A DNA stretch of 64,000 nucleotides, taken from positions 43,090,001 through 43,154,000 of the forward strand of contig OX597834.1 of assembly GCA_951406725.2 (NCBI GenBank), in the 5' to 3' direction. Source of the DNA: Octopus vulgaris. Its lineage: Eukaryota. The notes under the pieces were generated by a model that had not been told where the DNA came from, did no database searches, and saw only the letters and a list, made by a program, of their open reading frames with translations. The stretch's first letter is position 1. Each line of letters begins with the position of its first letter. The position numbers and the translations under genes were made by a program. This document shows positions 14,035 through 26,129 of the stretch, piece after piece.

Positions 14035-14602
14035 GAGGGTATAATTACACATAAATGCCACACGCTAGGAGGGACTCTTAAAGTCAAAACTTCTAAAATA
14101 AATAAACGTATCGTACCGAAACAAACTCTCGAAGCAAGTCATGCATTCAGCTGCATATCAAACTGTGATTTTGTAATCAGTGCAGTCGTATGCACTCTTT
14201 ACTCTTCAGTGCAAGCATAATTCAAGATTTATAATGAATGAACAAAAACAACATACCAGGCGAACAACTATCGTATCCAACGCAGCATGTAGAAATGTTC
14301 ACTCCTTATACATATATGTAAATGGCGGGCTTTTTCGAATTGCATTTCGGTAACAACGTGCTTATTCGGTATAAAAAATCAGTATTGAGTATACTCCAAT
14401 TAAATTTACAATTTAAAAATAGGATAGGATCTTCATAAGAATTTACCAAGTAGTTAGCGTGGAAAAAAAGTCATAAGAGAAAAAAATCTATCATTTTTTT
14501 CACTTAAATATATTTATTTATATTATATAGAGGGCATTTTTACACATAAATGCCACACGCTAGGAGGGACTCTTAAAGTCAAAGCTACTAAAATAAATAA
14601 AC
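14031..14602. repeat. 77 bp direct repeat pair (14031-14107, 14526-14602)
   Basis: TATAGAGGG...TTACACATAAATGCCACACGCTAGGAGGGACTCTTAAAGTCAAA...CTAAAATAAATAAAC present twice, 495 bp apart, each preceded by a TA-rich tract. Confidence 0.9.
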
Positions 14603-16151
14603 ATAATTCTCCACAGTTGTCGTAATCCCTCTCCTCTTGGCATTGCCTCAAGCAGAATTATATAGCAAGCAGGGATACAGCAGAGAAAATAAATGCTATC
14701 ACGAAGGTTTTGACTTCTTGTCACGACTAGAGATGTTTATACGGTGTGTTCTTTCGAATTCCGCTGTTGGATGCATGATTAACACTATGAATAGGCCGCT
14801 TCATTAGAAAGTTGACTATAATGCTCTCGCTTATTTGTTCTGTCTCTGCGTGCAATGGACACTAAAGTCAGTTTGCTTTTCACTATTTCAGAGTCAACAA
14901 GAAATTAACTGTACGTTTTCCGTAGAGAAGCCATATTCATATTCATTAGTTACTGTTGGTACACATCCTGACAAACATCCTGAAATAGACATCTGACCAG
15001 ATGAAATCTCGACGTGCAGATCCATAGTCACATGTCACACAAAGTGATCTCAGATTTGAATGAATCAACGATGTCACATTTATTGTATAGTGGAAAATAT
15101 TTTACCCTTATTAGTCTAGAGTATTGCGTTGACAGTCTAAACTTTAGCTCAGAAATTTTTACAAGATGTTGACATTTCGACAAGTTTCTGTTATCCAACT
15201 GGTAAATTTTTCCATGAGAGGACTAGACTTTAGATTTTGTTTTATTCTTTTTCCCCGACTCGATCTGTTTAGATATAAACATTCCACAATAATAATATTC
15301 GTCATGAAATGAGCCATAAACTTGATACCACTTTTCCCTAAGCGTATTCTTTTCTTCGTATTCCGTGTCTTCTCACATTCTCTCACTGACGAGGCATGAA
15401 TTTTAAGCCTGCGTTATTGCTAGATAGTGTACCGTACACTACACAAGCGCATCCAGTTGCTGTGCTTTCCAGTTATGAATTTCGAAGCTGCTCTGCTTTC
15501 TGGGTATGAATCTTGAACTCATAAACTCATACATTCATTAAATGATAACTTCGGTTGGTTTCAGAGAACTAAACATACATGCATATATATATACATCAGT
15601 ACATACATAAATATACACATACAATATATATGCGATTATACACAAGCACACGCATATTCCTCAGTCTACCTGTCCTCGACTTTCCCAGGGAGTGGTGCCT
15701 TCTATTGACTAAGAAAAGCCTGACCTCCATATCAGCCACATCAATTTCTCAAGCCTCCAAATCCCTAAAATAAAAAAAAAGTCTTGGACTAAGTCAGTTT
15801 CTATTTACTAAACCACATAAAAGGAAATACGAATAATAAGTGTTTGTGTACGTGTCTGTATTAGTTTAGTAGTGATATGGTAAATATTGAAACGTGCTGG
15901 ATATAATTACTTTATTGTAACATACAAGTAATATTCGACATACTTGCAACAAAGGGAAAAGCAAACGTTTTATTCGTTATCATTCCCCGTGTGTTGCTAT
16001 AATTCTCGCTTTACGTAACTTCAAACATATTACGAAACACACATCATTACGACGTGACGTTTGCGTCCATTTATGTTCGAAGACATAGTTGTGGTTTCGG
16101 CCATCGTCGTCGTAGTTGTAGCTGTTGTTATTATTATCGTTATTGCTTTTA

Positions 16152-16725
16152 AGGCGGAGAGCTGGCAGAAATGTTAGAACACCGGGCGAACGCCGGGCGA
16201 AATGCCGCTACGTTCTGAGTTCAAATTCCGCCGAGATCGACTTTGCCTTTCATCCTTTCGGCGTCGATTAAATAAGTACTAGTTACGCACTGAAGTCGAT
16301 ATAATCGACTTAATCCGTTTGTCTGTCCTTGTTTGTCCTCTCTGTGTTTAGCCCCTTGTGGGTAGTAAAGAAATAGGTATTTCGTCTGCCGCTACGGTCT
16401 GAGTTCAAATTCCGCCGAGGTCGCCTTTGCCGTTCATCCTTTCGGGGTCGATTAAATAAGTACCAGTTACGCACTGGGGTCGATATAAACGACTTAATCC
16501 GTTTGTCTGTCCTCGTTTGTCCTGTCTGTGTTTAGGGCTTTGTGGGTAGTAAAGAAATAGGTATTTCGTCCGTCTGTACGTTCTGAGTTCAAATTCCACC
16601 CAGGTCAACTTTATCTTTCATCCCTTCGGGTTCGATAAATAATTACCAGTTGAACACTAGGGTAGAGTTATTCGACTTAACTCCTCTCCTGAAATTCCAA
16701 GCTTTCTGCCTATCGTAGAAAGAGT
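16152..16725 (+). mobile_element. SINE family B, head-to-tail trimer
   Basis: One A-box head followed by three ~183 bp units, each with TCTGAGTTCAAATTCC and the CTTTCATCCTTTCGGGGTCGAT core (reminiscent of the Deu/Nin domain). Confidence 0.9.
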
Positions 16726-17452
16726 ATTTACATAGTATGAATATAGGTTCGTATACTTACACTCGCACCTGCACACATACACTGAAGCGAGCACACACTT
16801 GTACTTCATTCAAAAATCTGGGTCCTATTTTACGTTATATATTTCAGCAGCCACAAATCCAAACTTACATGCAACTTAATTAACGGTGTTCAGGGACACG
16901 AGGAAACGCTGTATGCAAGTTTAAAAACCTCTAAATTATGCAACGAGATAAGATATAAAACTTGATGCTGCTACACGTAATAGTCCTATTTAGAATGAGC
17001 ATTAAAATGTCAAGTCCAAATTGTCCCAGATGAGACCTTATCTAATAGCAGTGGCGATAACATCAGAATCTAATAGAATGTGCCAAACGAGTGAAGACGG
17101 ATTTAGCTGCTGTGATAATTCTCACTGCGCTTGCGTATTATCGCTTGAAAATTGCGATTTTCATCTCGGTAGCAATTGCGTCAAGTATTCCCTCATGCTA
17201 GACAATCGATAACGTATGACAGAATAGCAATCAGGGAGATTGTTAATTCATCTTTATAAAATAGATTAACTACCTTTAATCAGCTACAATGTAGCACAAA
17301 CCGATGTTTACTACAGATGGTAAATCGAAACTGAGACTACAATACAAAAAAAAGAAAAGAAATTAAAAAAGAAAACAACAAACTAGAAACTGTTTAAATA
17401 TACAAAAACAAATGTAACATATAGCTGATAATCTACTCAGTTACGACTCCAA

Positions 17453-17454
17453 TA

Positions 17455-17531
<77 letters not shown>
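17453..17531. repeat. (AAT)n microsatellite
   Basis: Perfect AAT run. Confidence 0.95.
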
Positions 17532-17629
17532 GAGTTTCTTTGCCCTAGGAGTCGGGAAGACGCTCGGCAAGAAATGGAAGCAAATTTGAAAGAAGAAGAA
17601 AAAAAAATACTGATGATAATAATAATAAT

Positions 17630-17825
17630 CCTTTCTACTAAAGGCACAAGGGCTGAAACTTGGTGAGTTACAGCAGCCCCAGTGATTCACTCGTACTTAA
17701 GTTATCGACCCCGAAAAAATGAACGGAGAAGTCGACCTCTCCGGAATTTGAACACAGATGGTAAAGACGGATGAAATGCGCCTAAGCATTTTGTCCGGCG
17801 TGCTGCGGTTCTGCCAGCTCGCATC
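17630..17825 (-). mobile_element. SINE family B
   Basis: ATCGACCCCGAAA..GAA..AAGTCGACCTC..GGAATTTGAAC and TTCTGCCAGCTCGC are the reverse complement of the family B core and head. Confidence 0.85.
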
Positions 17826-17829
17826 GGTA

Positions 17830-17836
17830 ATGATGC

Positions 17837-17880
<44 letters not shown>

Positions 17881-17886
17881 GTGATG

Positions 17887-17942
<56 letters not shown>
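17830..17942. repeat. (GAT)n(AAT)n compound microsatellite, tail of the adjacent SINE
   Basis: GAT run grading into an AAT run. Confidence 0.9.
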
Positions 17943-18118
17943 CTTTTCTACGAAAGGTACAAGGCTATGCGTGCAATTTGTGGGGAGGTGGATTATTGAT
18001 CAGATCGACCGCAGTACGCAACTGGTACTTAATTTATTGATTAACCACGCAAGAGTGAACGGCAAAGTCGATCCCGGCAGAATTTGAACTCAGATCGTAG
18101 TGACAGGCGAAATACCTA
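17942..18118 (-). mobile_element. SINE family B
   Basis: ACTGGTACTTAATTTA..GGCAAAGTCGATCCCGGCAGAATTTGAACTCAG. Confidence 0.85.
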
Positions 18119-18120
18119 TT

Positions 18121-18205
18121 TCCAGCTGGGGGGGGGGGGCACATAAGCCACATTAAACGGGAAGCCGGGCCCATGAGTCTGGCTAGGCTTGAAAAGGGCG
18201 ACGTT
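18121..18205 (+). mobile_element. SINE family C, 3' fragment
   Basis: TCCAGCTGGGG..CACATA.GCCA...GCCGG.CCCATGAG.CTGG.TAGGCTT.AAAAGGGCG matches 2568-2640. Confidence 0.8.
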
Positions 18206-18589
18206 TATCGTTTTTAAATTGAGAGTTAAATAACCTCTGGTGCTTGTGTTTAGAAAATAGCAACTTCTATTTTATATTCAATGAGTTGGCCTGGAATAAA
18301 TGTAAATAAGGATACAACCTTATGTAGGCAATTCATTATAATAAACAAGTTGACCTTTGTGAGAAAGAATATTGAGAGGCAACCAAGAGTGTCTTGGAAT
18401 TACCGAGGAAGAGAACTCAAAAGATTGAGCAGGTGTGTGAGATATTTTTGATGATACGGATCTGCACCAGTGATTTCTGGTAGGATTTTCAAATGCCTGC
18501 GTTTTCTAGACGGAAGGTATGGTTTACTAATTGGTAAATAATGAAGTAAATGTCTAACGCGCAAATTGATATATTGATCTTTCTAGATA

Positions 18590-18805
18590 TCGATTTCAAA
18601 CGTTAGCACAAGGCCAGTAATATCGGGAGAGTTGTAAGTCGATCACAGCGACATCAGATCTGAACTGCTACTTATTTTATTGACGCCCGAAAGGATGAAA
18701 GGCAAAGTTGACCCCGATGCAACTTGAACACTGATCATAAAACAGGCGAAATGCCACTAAGTATTTTGCCCAGCGACCAAACGAATATGCCATTCCTCCA
18801 CCTTA
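18590..18805 (-). mobile_element. SINE family B, diverged
   Basis: CCCGAAAGGATGAAAGGCAAAGTTGACC core. Confidence 0.8.
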
Positions 18806-20211
18806 AATTTTCCGCGATGTTAAACGCAGATTTGAGCTTCATTCCGTCTGGTGATAGACCACGTGTTTTACAAGAAGCATGTTTCACTGGTAACATCTCT
18901 GCAAAAGCTTTGTTCGAACCACCTACTCATGGACTTAATGTGAAAGTGTATTGCATTTTGAACTCAATAAATGGCATCCCAGTATGTGATAATTTTATCA
19001 AAATAACCATGAAAACAAAAGCCATTTTTGTTTTATCGAAGCACCAATAGTAAAGGAGCTGTATGTTTCGCTCCTGGGTGGATCATTTAAGTTTCAGAGA
19101 AAACAACAAAGCGTTTATCAATCCATCTCTTTCCCGCCCTAGAATCCATATTCTTATCAAAAGTAATGGAGGATTTTAGCTACCGGATGGACAATCAATG
19201 AAAGAGAGGAGGCATTATGTAAAAGAATCAGGAAGAGTCTAAAGCAGGCATAATTTCTGATAAAATAAGACGTCGATGGTTGCTAAGCAGGTAAAAACAA
19301 AAACAAAAAGAAAAGAAAAACAAATACAAGTTTTTACTTGCCGTTTAGGAGGTATTTACATTTACATTGTATATATAACTTCCAACGTAATTGCTTTGCC
19401 AAAATCCCTCTCACCCAGCATCATTCACTCCAGTGACATAAACAAATTCTTTTGCTACTATTTCGTAACAAAACAAACTCGTTTATCAATGAACTGCCAT
19501 CAATTAATTTAATACATTCAGAGTGATCCGAGACAGTTTCGTTTAAGAGCCACAGGGCTATTCTAATTTATAATATGACTAAGGCATATAATACGAGAGT
19601 TTCTTTAATTTTTCTGAGCAGACAAATCGGTGAACCTTCCGTATGAAAGACTACCACATTTGCGTAGAGCTACGGACACCCACCGTCACCGAAATAACGG
19701 ATGAATATAATGTCAGGTATCGTTGTTTTTCTTTCAGTGTTAATCAAATGAACGACAAGTAATTTATTACACAATTTCCTTTTCCATTACACAACAATCT
19801 CCATAGAATCTGGATTAAAATCGTTCGACAGTAAAATAAATTCTCAAGAGAGAGTCAATGTCTTAATTCTCAGAAAGCGAAAGCGTTCGTAAATTATCGT
19901 TATTAGCGAGTCTTCATAATCCAATGAACCGATTGGAAGCTAGTGCTAACTTCGTTGCTATCGACGTCATCATTCTCGTTGTTGTTGTTGTTCTTTCACC
20001 ACAGATCAGCGCTGATCCAGGAGAGAAATAATTAAAGTGATGCCTGCCGTAATGGACCCTTCTTTTCTTTTCATGCGTTCCCTGTTATGTTTTGTGTCAT
20101 TTCTGTCTTAAAAGAAGTTGGATGTAATATTGAGAGAGAGATGGCTGCTATTTCTCGTCTATTACGCAATCATGTATAGTTTACCGAGTTTAATTTAAGT
20201 CATCGGACATA

Positions 20212-20434
20212 CGAGGCTGTGCAGAAAATGTCCTGGCTTTATTGGTATTGCGAAGGGCTAGAATGGAGGCCCAAAGTTTCGAGTTCTTTTACAGGGCTTA
20301 GAATAAGTTGAGGACCGCTACAACAAGAATGCGGAACTGAGAACTGAGAGGGGAATAAGTTGTATAAAATCATAATTAACTGATCCTGCTGCATAGTCTT
20401 TTACCGAAAGCCAGGAACTTTTCAGCACCACTCG
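20212..20434 (+). mobile_element. Tc1/mariner-derived MITE
   Basis: Imperfect ~28 bp TIRs (CGAGGCTGTGCAGAAAATGTCCTGGCTTT / AAAGCCAGGAACTTTTCAGCACCACTCG) flanked by TA on both sides. The interior resembles a mariner transposase C-terminus (..ELRGE.V.*). Confidence 0.85.
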
Positions 20435-22868
20435 TATCTAGTATAGAGTCGATAGATAGATAAACAGATAGATAGACAGGCAGAGAGGCAGACAAGCAGA
20501 CATTGTAACCTATTGTGAGCCCTCACGTGCGAGAGAATTTACAGAAGTGAAACGGTTTCCATTTTCGCAGTCATGTCATTCTCCGAAAAAGATTGACTGT
20601 CTGTCCGTCTCTCTGCTTGTCTGACTGTCTTTCTGTCTGTCTGTCTATCTTTCTCTCTCTAACTTTCGGCCTGTCTGCCTGATAATATTTAGTGTGTAAC
20701 GGCAAAAGTATGTCGTTTCGGGCAAAGCCCTTCGTCGGATATGCAGGGAAGGGTCCAGAAAGCGGTAAACGAGGAAGGAAGAGGAAACTAAAAATATTTT
20801 TAAAAAAGAGTGTCAGGAAAAGCAAGTGTTGGAGAGTGTTGAATGGGGTTTTCGAAGGCCGAAGAGTACTTATTGGTATGTGTGTGTGTGTGTGTGGGGG
20901 GATTGTTTGGGTATGTGTGTGTGAGACCACGTGGTAATTTTTCTCAGACGTTCGTGTGATCATTCCTATCGGCCACAGTTTTAACTGCCACCCTCCCGAT
21001 AACGTCATTCGCAACCTTTGCCCTGCTCCTTTGATAATTATGCTATCCATTTTATTGGTTACCTTGGTACTTGATGTTGAGATATAACAGCTAAATATCC
21101 CTCAAACTAAATGGTTCATCTTTAAAAAGGAAGGGACACATTGTCCGTTCTAGTTTTAGTCATCCGTAAAACAACAGGATCGTCAAGCCGTGACGAGGGC
21201 GTCTACCTATTTACTGGATCGCCTTGAAGTAGCAGCTACATTTTTCAATTTCTTCGCATCGTGCCCTCTTAAAGTGTATCGAGGGGACTATGTTTGGATG
21301 GAGTATGAAGTAAAGGTGGATACATCAAGACTTAAGCAAACAAAAACGGTATGATTACGCTTCAAACGTGCATTTTTCTTGGCCTCCTCAATTGCTGCTG
21401 ACCTGGAGCGAATCAACTACTAAGATGAGAATGTCAAGACCTGATCGACATTTATCATAAGTCTGCACTACTAACGCCGATATGGAGTTAAACAACGAAC
21501 AACTTTGAATAATTGTACAAAAACCTTGTCAAATATTTCCACAAAGGTTATAATAACGGCTCCGTTAGTTTTCTATTATATTAAGATGACGTATTATCAT
21601 CATTTATTCCGCAAAGTGGCCAACCTGATTGGTATTATATAAAAATATTATTGATTAGTATACATTGCTTCAATCATAATTGTTTAGTTTTCTCTTCCTT
21701 TTCTTCAAGCTCCATCATTTAAACAATTTATTCGTACTGCTTACAAATATTTCGTCTGTATTATTTTTGCCAACGAAGAAACAAAATGTCATTTAGAGAT
21801 GGCGCGGTGACCGTACTAGTATTATTTAACATCTCCCCACTTAGTTTTCATTGTTAACAACAGATTAAAATCGCCCTTATTTACTATTTTCTCTTTCCTT
21901 CGCTTCTCTAATTTCTTTCTCTATATGTCATCCTCTCTTTCTTAATTCCCACTGTCCCCATCTACTCTCACCTTCACTCACAATCTCTTTCTCTTTCCCT
22001 TGACTTTCTCTTTTGTCAATTATTCCCCTGCCAAGTCTTTGAGTAATTCTGATAAATTGCTGTCGGCTAACTTCTTTGTGTACTAATATTGCATGCTATA
22101 TCAATTTCTGTGGTAGTGCTAATGGAAAGTGAAAGTAGGAGTGGCGGTGTCAGTGATAGGGAGATGTATAATGGTTTGGAGGAAGATATGTTAATCCATA
22201 GTTCTTCACAATAAACTGCCTAATCCCAGCATGTCCTTAATTGCTTGTGCGTGTAATAGAATACGCTGTTAAGTTTAGGCTTCAAGCATGTGCCATGTTT
22301 CATTTAGGCTGATTCTAAGAGTAATGGGCAATCATCATCAGCCAGCATTTTCATAATTAAAGAAACTGCTGGCTAATCTTGGACAAGGCCATTTGATATT
22401 GGTGTAAATTAGAAGTATAGCTTTCACATTGACACTTTGCAGACACGTTTTACAAGATGAATTAGCAAAGGATATACCCAGCATTCCGTGCTTCTGCCGT
22501 TAATGTCGGATTTGTCAGTCTTCACAAAATGTAACTGTGATGTGACATGGATGTTTGAGGGAGTTATTTAGGGGATCGAGTTACTCATATCTGCAGGGGA
22601 TCCTCCGAATTCGACATCAGAGGTCAAGCATCCTTGTTTAAGAAAAAGGAATGAGAAGAAGGTGAAAAGGAAAAAATGATGAAGTCATACACGGGAAGAT
22701 TTAAGTCGTATATATTTGTTGATTTCACGAAATGCTGGTTTGTTTACATACATGCATACATACATACATACATACGAGTCTGCGATATGCATGTGAATGT
22801 ATGAGAGCGTGTGTGTGTGTCGTGTGTAATTTCAATGCCTTTTCCTGCAGCGCCTCTCTCTCTCTTTA

Positions 22869-22902
<34 letters not shown>

Positions 22903-23071
22903 TCTATTTTCTCCTCGGTGGTTAGGGACGGATCGGCAGTCTCTCTGTTATTGCAACCTGAGCAATAACACACATAAATCAACTCAATACTCCATTAAAG
23001 ACCACTACAGTGCTCTGTTAAGAACAAACACTTTCCTTTCAATTAGCTCCTCCTCCTCCTCCTTCTCCTTC

Positions 23072-23105
<34 letters not shown>

Positions 23106-23305
23106 AACCTCCTCCTCTTCCTCCTCCCTTCTCTCAGCCTTTCCGTCTTCCTTCTTTTCTTCTTTTCTTCCGTCTCTCTCTTATACCGTTTCATTCTTAT
23201 TTTTATTCATATATTTTTTCCTTCACTGTTTACTCTATTTCGCGGACAGATATGCAAATTTATTCCATAAACTGATTCTCTTAATCTTAATGGACTTACT
23301 CATTG

Positions 23306-23410
23306 TATTCTTCTTCTTCTTCTTCTTCTTCTTCTTTTTCTTTTTCTTTTTCTTCTTCTTCTTCTTTTTCTTTTTCTTTTTCTTCTTCTTCTTCTTCTTC
23401 TCCTTCGTCT

Positions 23411-23442
<32 letters not shown>

Positions 23443-23575
23443 GTCTTTTTCTTTTTCTTCTTCTTCTCCTTCTTCTTCTTCTTCTTCTTCTCCTTCTTCT
23501 TCTTCTCCTCCTTCTTCTTCTTCTTCTTCTTCTTCTTTTCCTTCTTCTTCTCCTTCTCCTTTTCTTCTTCTTCTT
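23306..23575. repeat. (TTC)n polypyrimidine microsatellite
   Basis: About 270 bp of almost pure pyrimidine TTC/TTTTTC/TCC. Confidence 0.95.
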
Positions 23576-23663
23576 GTTTTGGTATTGTCCTCTAATTGTC
23601 ACCTTTGTGGCATATATGGAATAAGGCATTATATTCTTACCTGCTTCCAATTCTCACTGTATT

Positions 23664-23762
23664 CACCACCACCACGACGACCACGACGACGACGACCACC
23701 ACCACCACTACCACCACCACCACCATCCTCCGCCACTACCACCACCACCACCACCACCACCA
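23664..23762. repeat. (ACC/ACG)n microsatellite
   Basis: Trinucleotide run. Confidence 0.9.
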
Positions 23763-23869
23763 TACACCATCAAAACTGCCCTTACCAACACACACCCCTC
23801 CTCATCAGTCGCCAGTGGCAACAAAACAATGACATTTACCATCACCCTAATGATTATTGTTTATAGAAT

Positions 23870-24070
23870 AGACCTAAGGGCCAACATTTTACAAAAAGGG
23901 CATCGTTTAATAACACCGACCCCAGTCTTTTAAATGTTATCATATTTTATCGAACCCGAAAGCCGGAAAGCTGAATTTCGCCTTCGCGGTATTTGGACTT
24001 TGAACTATAAAAGAAGGAATAATGAAAACCACCCCACCGTTAGCGATTTTGCATTGCAGTCTTTCGGATT
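23870..24070 (-). mobile_element. SINE family B, diverged
   Basis: TTTTATCGAACCCGAAA..GAAAG..CGGTATTTGGACT. Confidence 0.65.
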
Positions 24071-24177
24071 CAATAAAATATTGTAGAAAAGTTAAGGGAT
24101 GGGTGATAAAAACTGATACCTCCACCAAGTTTCGGGTTTTGGCCCTAGGCGAGAAACAATTGATATTTTCGTTCTCT

Positions 24178-24550
24178 AAGGCAGCGAGCTGCAGAATCTT
24201 TAGCTCGCCGGACAAAATGCCTGGCGCCATTTCATCCATCTTCACATACACAGTTCAAAACACACCGATGTCGGTTTTACCTTTCATCGTTTCAAAATCG
24301 ATGAAATATGCACCAATCGAGGCATGGCATCGGTATAATTGACTTATCATCTCCTTTTCAAGATTACTGCCTTATGCTAAAATATGAAATCAATATTTGC
24401 ATTCTCAAAGGTAGTGATTCGCAGAATTGTTACCACGCCGGGCAAAATACTTAGCGAAATTTCATCTCTTCTTTATGTTCTGAGATGCACTTGCACCGAG
24501 GTCGATTTTTCCTTTCATCCTTTCGGAGATGATAAAATAAATTCCAGTTA
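24178..24550 (+). mobile_element. Two tandem SINE family B copies
   Basis: Heads AAGGCAGCGAGCTGCAGAATC (24178) and AAGGTAGTGATTCGCAGAATT (about 24408), each with the CTTTCATC core. Confidence 0.8.
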
Positions 24551-24564
24551 TATATTTGTGTATG

Positions 24565-24613
<49 letters not shown>

Positions 24614-24647
24614 GTATATTATATCTATATATATACATATAATATAC

Positions 24648-24685
<38 letters not shown>

Positions 24686-24807
24686 TTATATGTATATATA
24701 TATACATATATATACATCTGTTTGTTTTGTACACCACCTGTCTTCCTCTTTTGTTTTTTTTGTTTTTGTGAATTATCCTTATATATTAATATATATATGA
24801 TATGCAC

Positions 24808-24841
<34 letters not shown>

Positions 24842-26129
24842 ATATTGTCATATTCATTTCCATATGTGTGTGCGTGTGTGTGTGCGTTGCCGCCTTTTGA
24901 TAACCTCTTTACGTATAAATTGATGCATTTGGTCATCTTGTGCCTGGTTTGTTTTCGCATTTATTTCCTGAAACGACTTTTGGGCCGACTTTTTAAAACA
25001 TTTTTCACCCGCATGTATTCGTTTTGATAACGGCAGATAATCTAAATCGTTTACATCACATCCCTCAACTCGCATCCCATTATATTTCAACCTCATTTTA
25101 TGACCGAGGATGTTTTAAAGCTTAATACGCAATACATAATTCAGACCTTTGTGTTTATTAATCTAATTCCTCCTTCTTATTGCACACTGCACACTTCTTT
25201 TTCAATGCTGAATAAAATCTGTTTGCTATACACCTTTGTACGTATATGGGTCGTTTAGTTTTAAGTCTCAAATTTCCTTCCCTTTGTATATAATTCAATG
25301 TCCTCAGTTCTTAGGGAAACTTATGTATATATTTGGCGCGTCACCATTTCCACGTAACAGCTGATACAGTATAAAGTTTCGTGTGGGCTCACCAGCTGAG
25401 TGATGCCACATTTACATAAAGGCGATGATTGATAACCTGCCCGTAGCATTTGCAATCATTAGTTGTTTGATTCAAGAGGTTTATTCATCAGAGACACGTG
25501 ATTAAGATTATGAGTTATTACCCTCAGCTGATTGGATGTTTGTTTTTGTTTTGTTTTTTAAACTTGATATCGTCGTTGTTGTGTTTTTGATATCATCCTC
25601 GTTACTCTTGCTGGCATAATTGTACAAATTCACGAAGTGGTTTAGAACGAAGCTGAAGGGGTTGACTATCAGTAAATTTTCTAAAATCTTTGCGAATGTG
25701 ACAAGTATGGCCCAGTCGAATGCCACCCACCCCACTTCAGCTTTGTTCATTAGCCTAAAAGCTATATTCCTAATCGCTATCCGTGCTCGCCTATAACCAC
25801 CTTCACAATCACCACCATCATTCATCACCCGAAATGCAAGTATATTAAACAGTGTTTATTATCAACATCGTTTATAGAATAGGCGCAAGACCAGGAATTC
25901 GGGGGAAAATCGTCAGTCGGTACTACACTGTTTAACTAGGATTTCATTTTATCGACGCGGAATTTACGGAGGATTGATTTGAGCTCAGCGTAACGTCACA
26001 CACGTTCAAATATCAGGTTTACCGTTCATTCGCTCGGATCGATAGAGAAAACTACCTGTAAAATCTTGGGGTACATCGTTGTAACTAACCCATATCTAAT
26101 TTCAATAGAGCTATGTTATAATCTAAGGG

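Noticed and set aside
14870-14916. Possible 19 nt micro-exon (TTTCAG...GTACGT), and an acceptor-like site near 40434
   Set aside because: Splice-like motifs arise by chance in AT-rich DNA; no coding homology or transcript evidence.
15386-15412. CTGACGA followed by an AGGC/GCCT stem (hammerhead-like)
   Set aside because: No GAAA or stem III follows.
16360-16392. Possible ribozyme at SINE B unit junctions (GAAATAGGTATTTCGTC)
   Set aside because: A small hairpin only; no CUGANGA core upstream.
23290-23866. Arg/Ser/Phe/Pro-rich ORFs (protamine- or extensin-like)
   Set aside because: Produced by (TTC)n and (ACC)n microsatellites.
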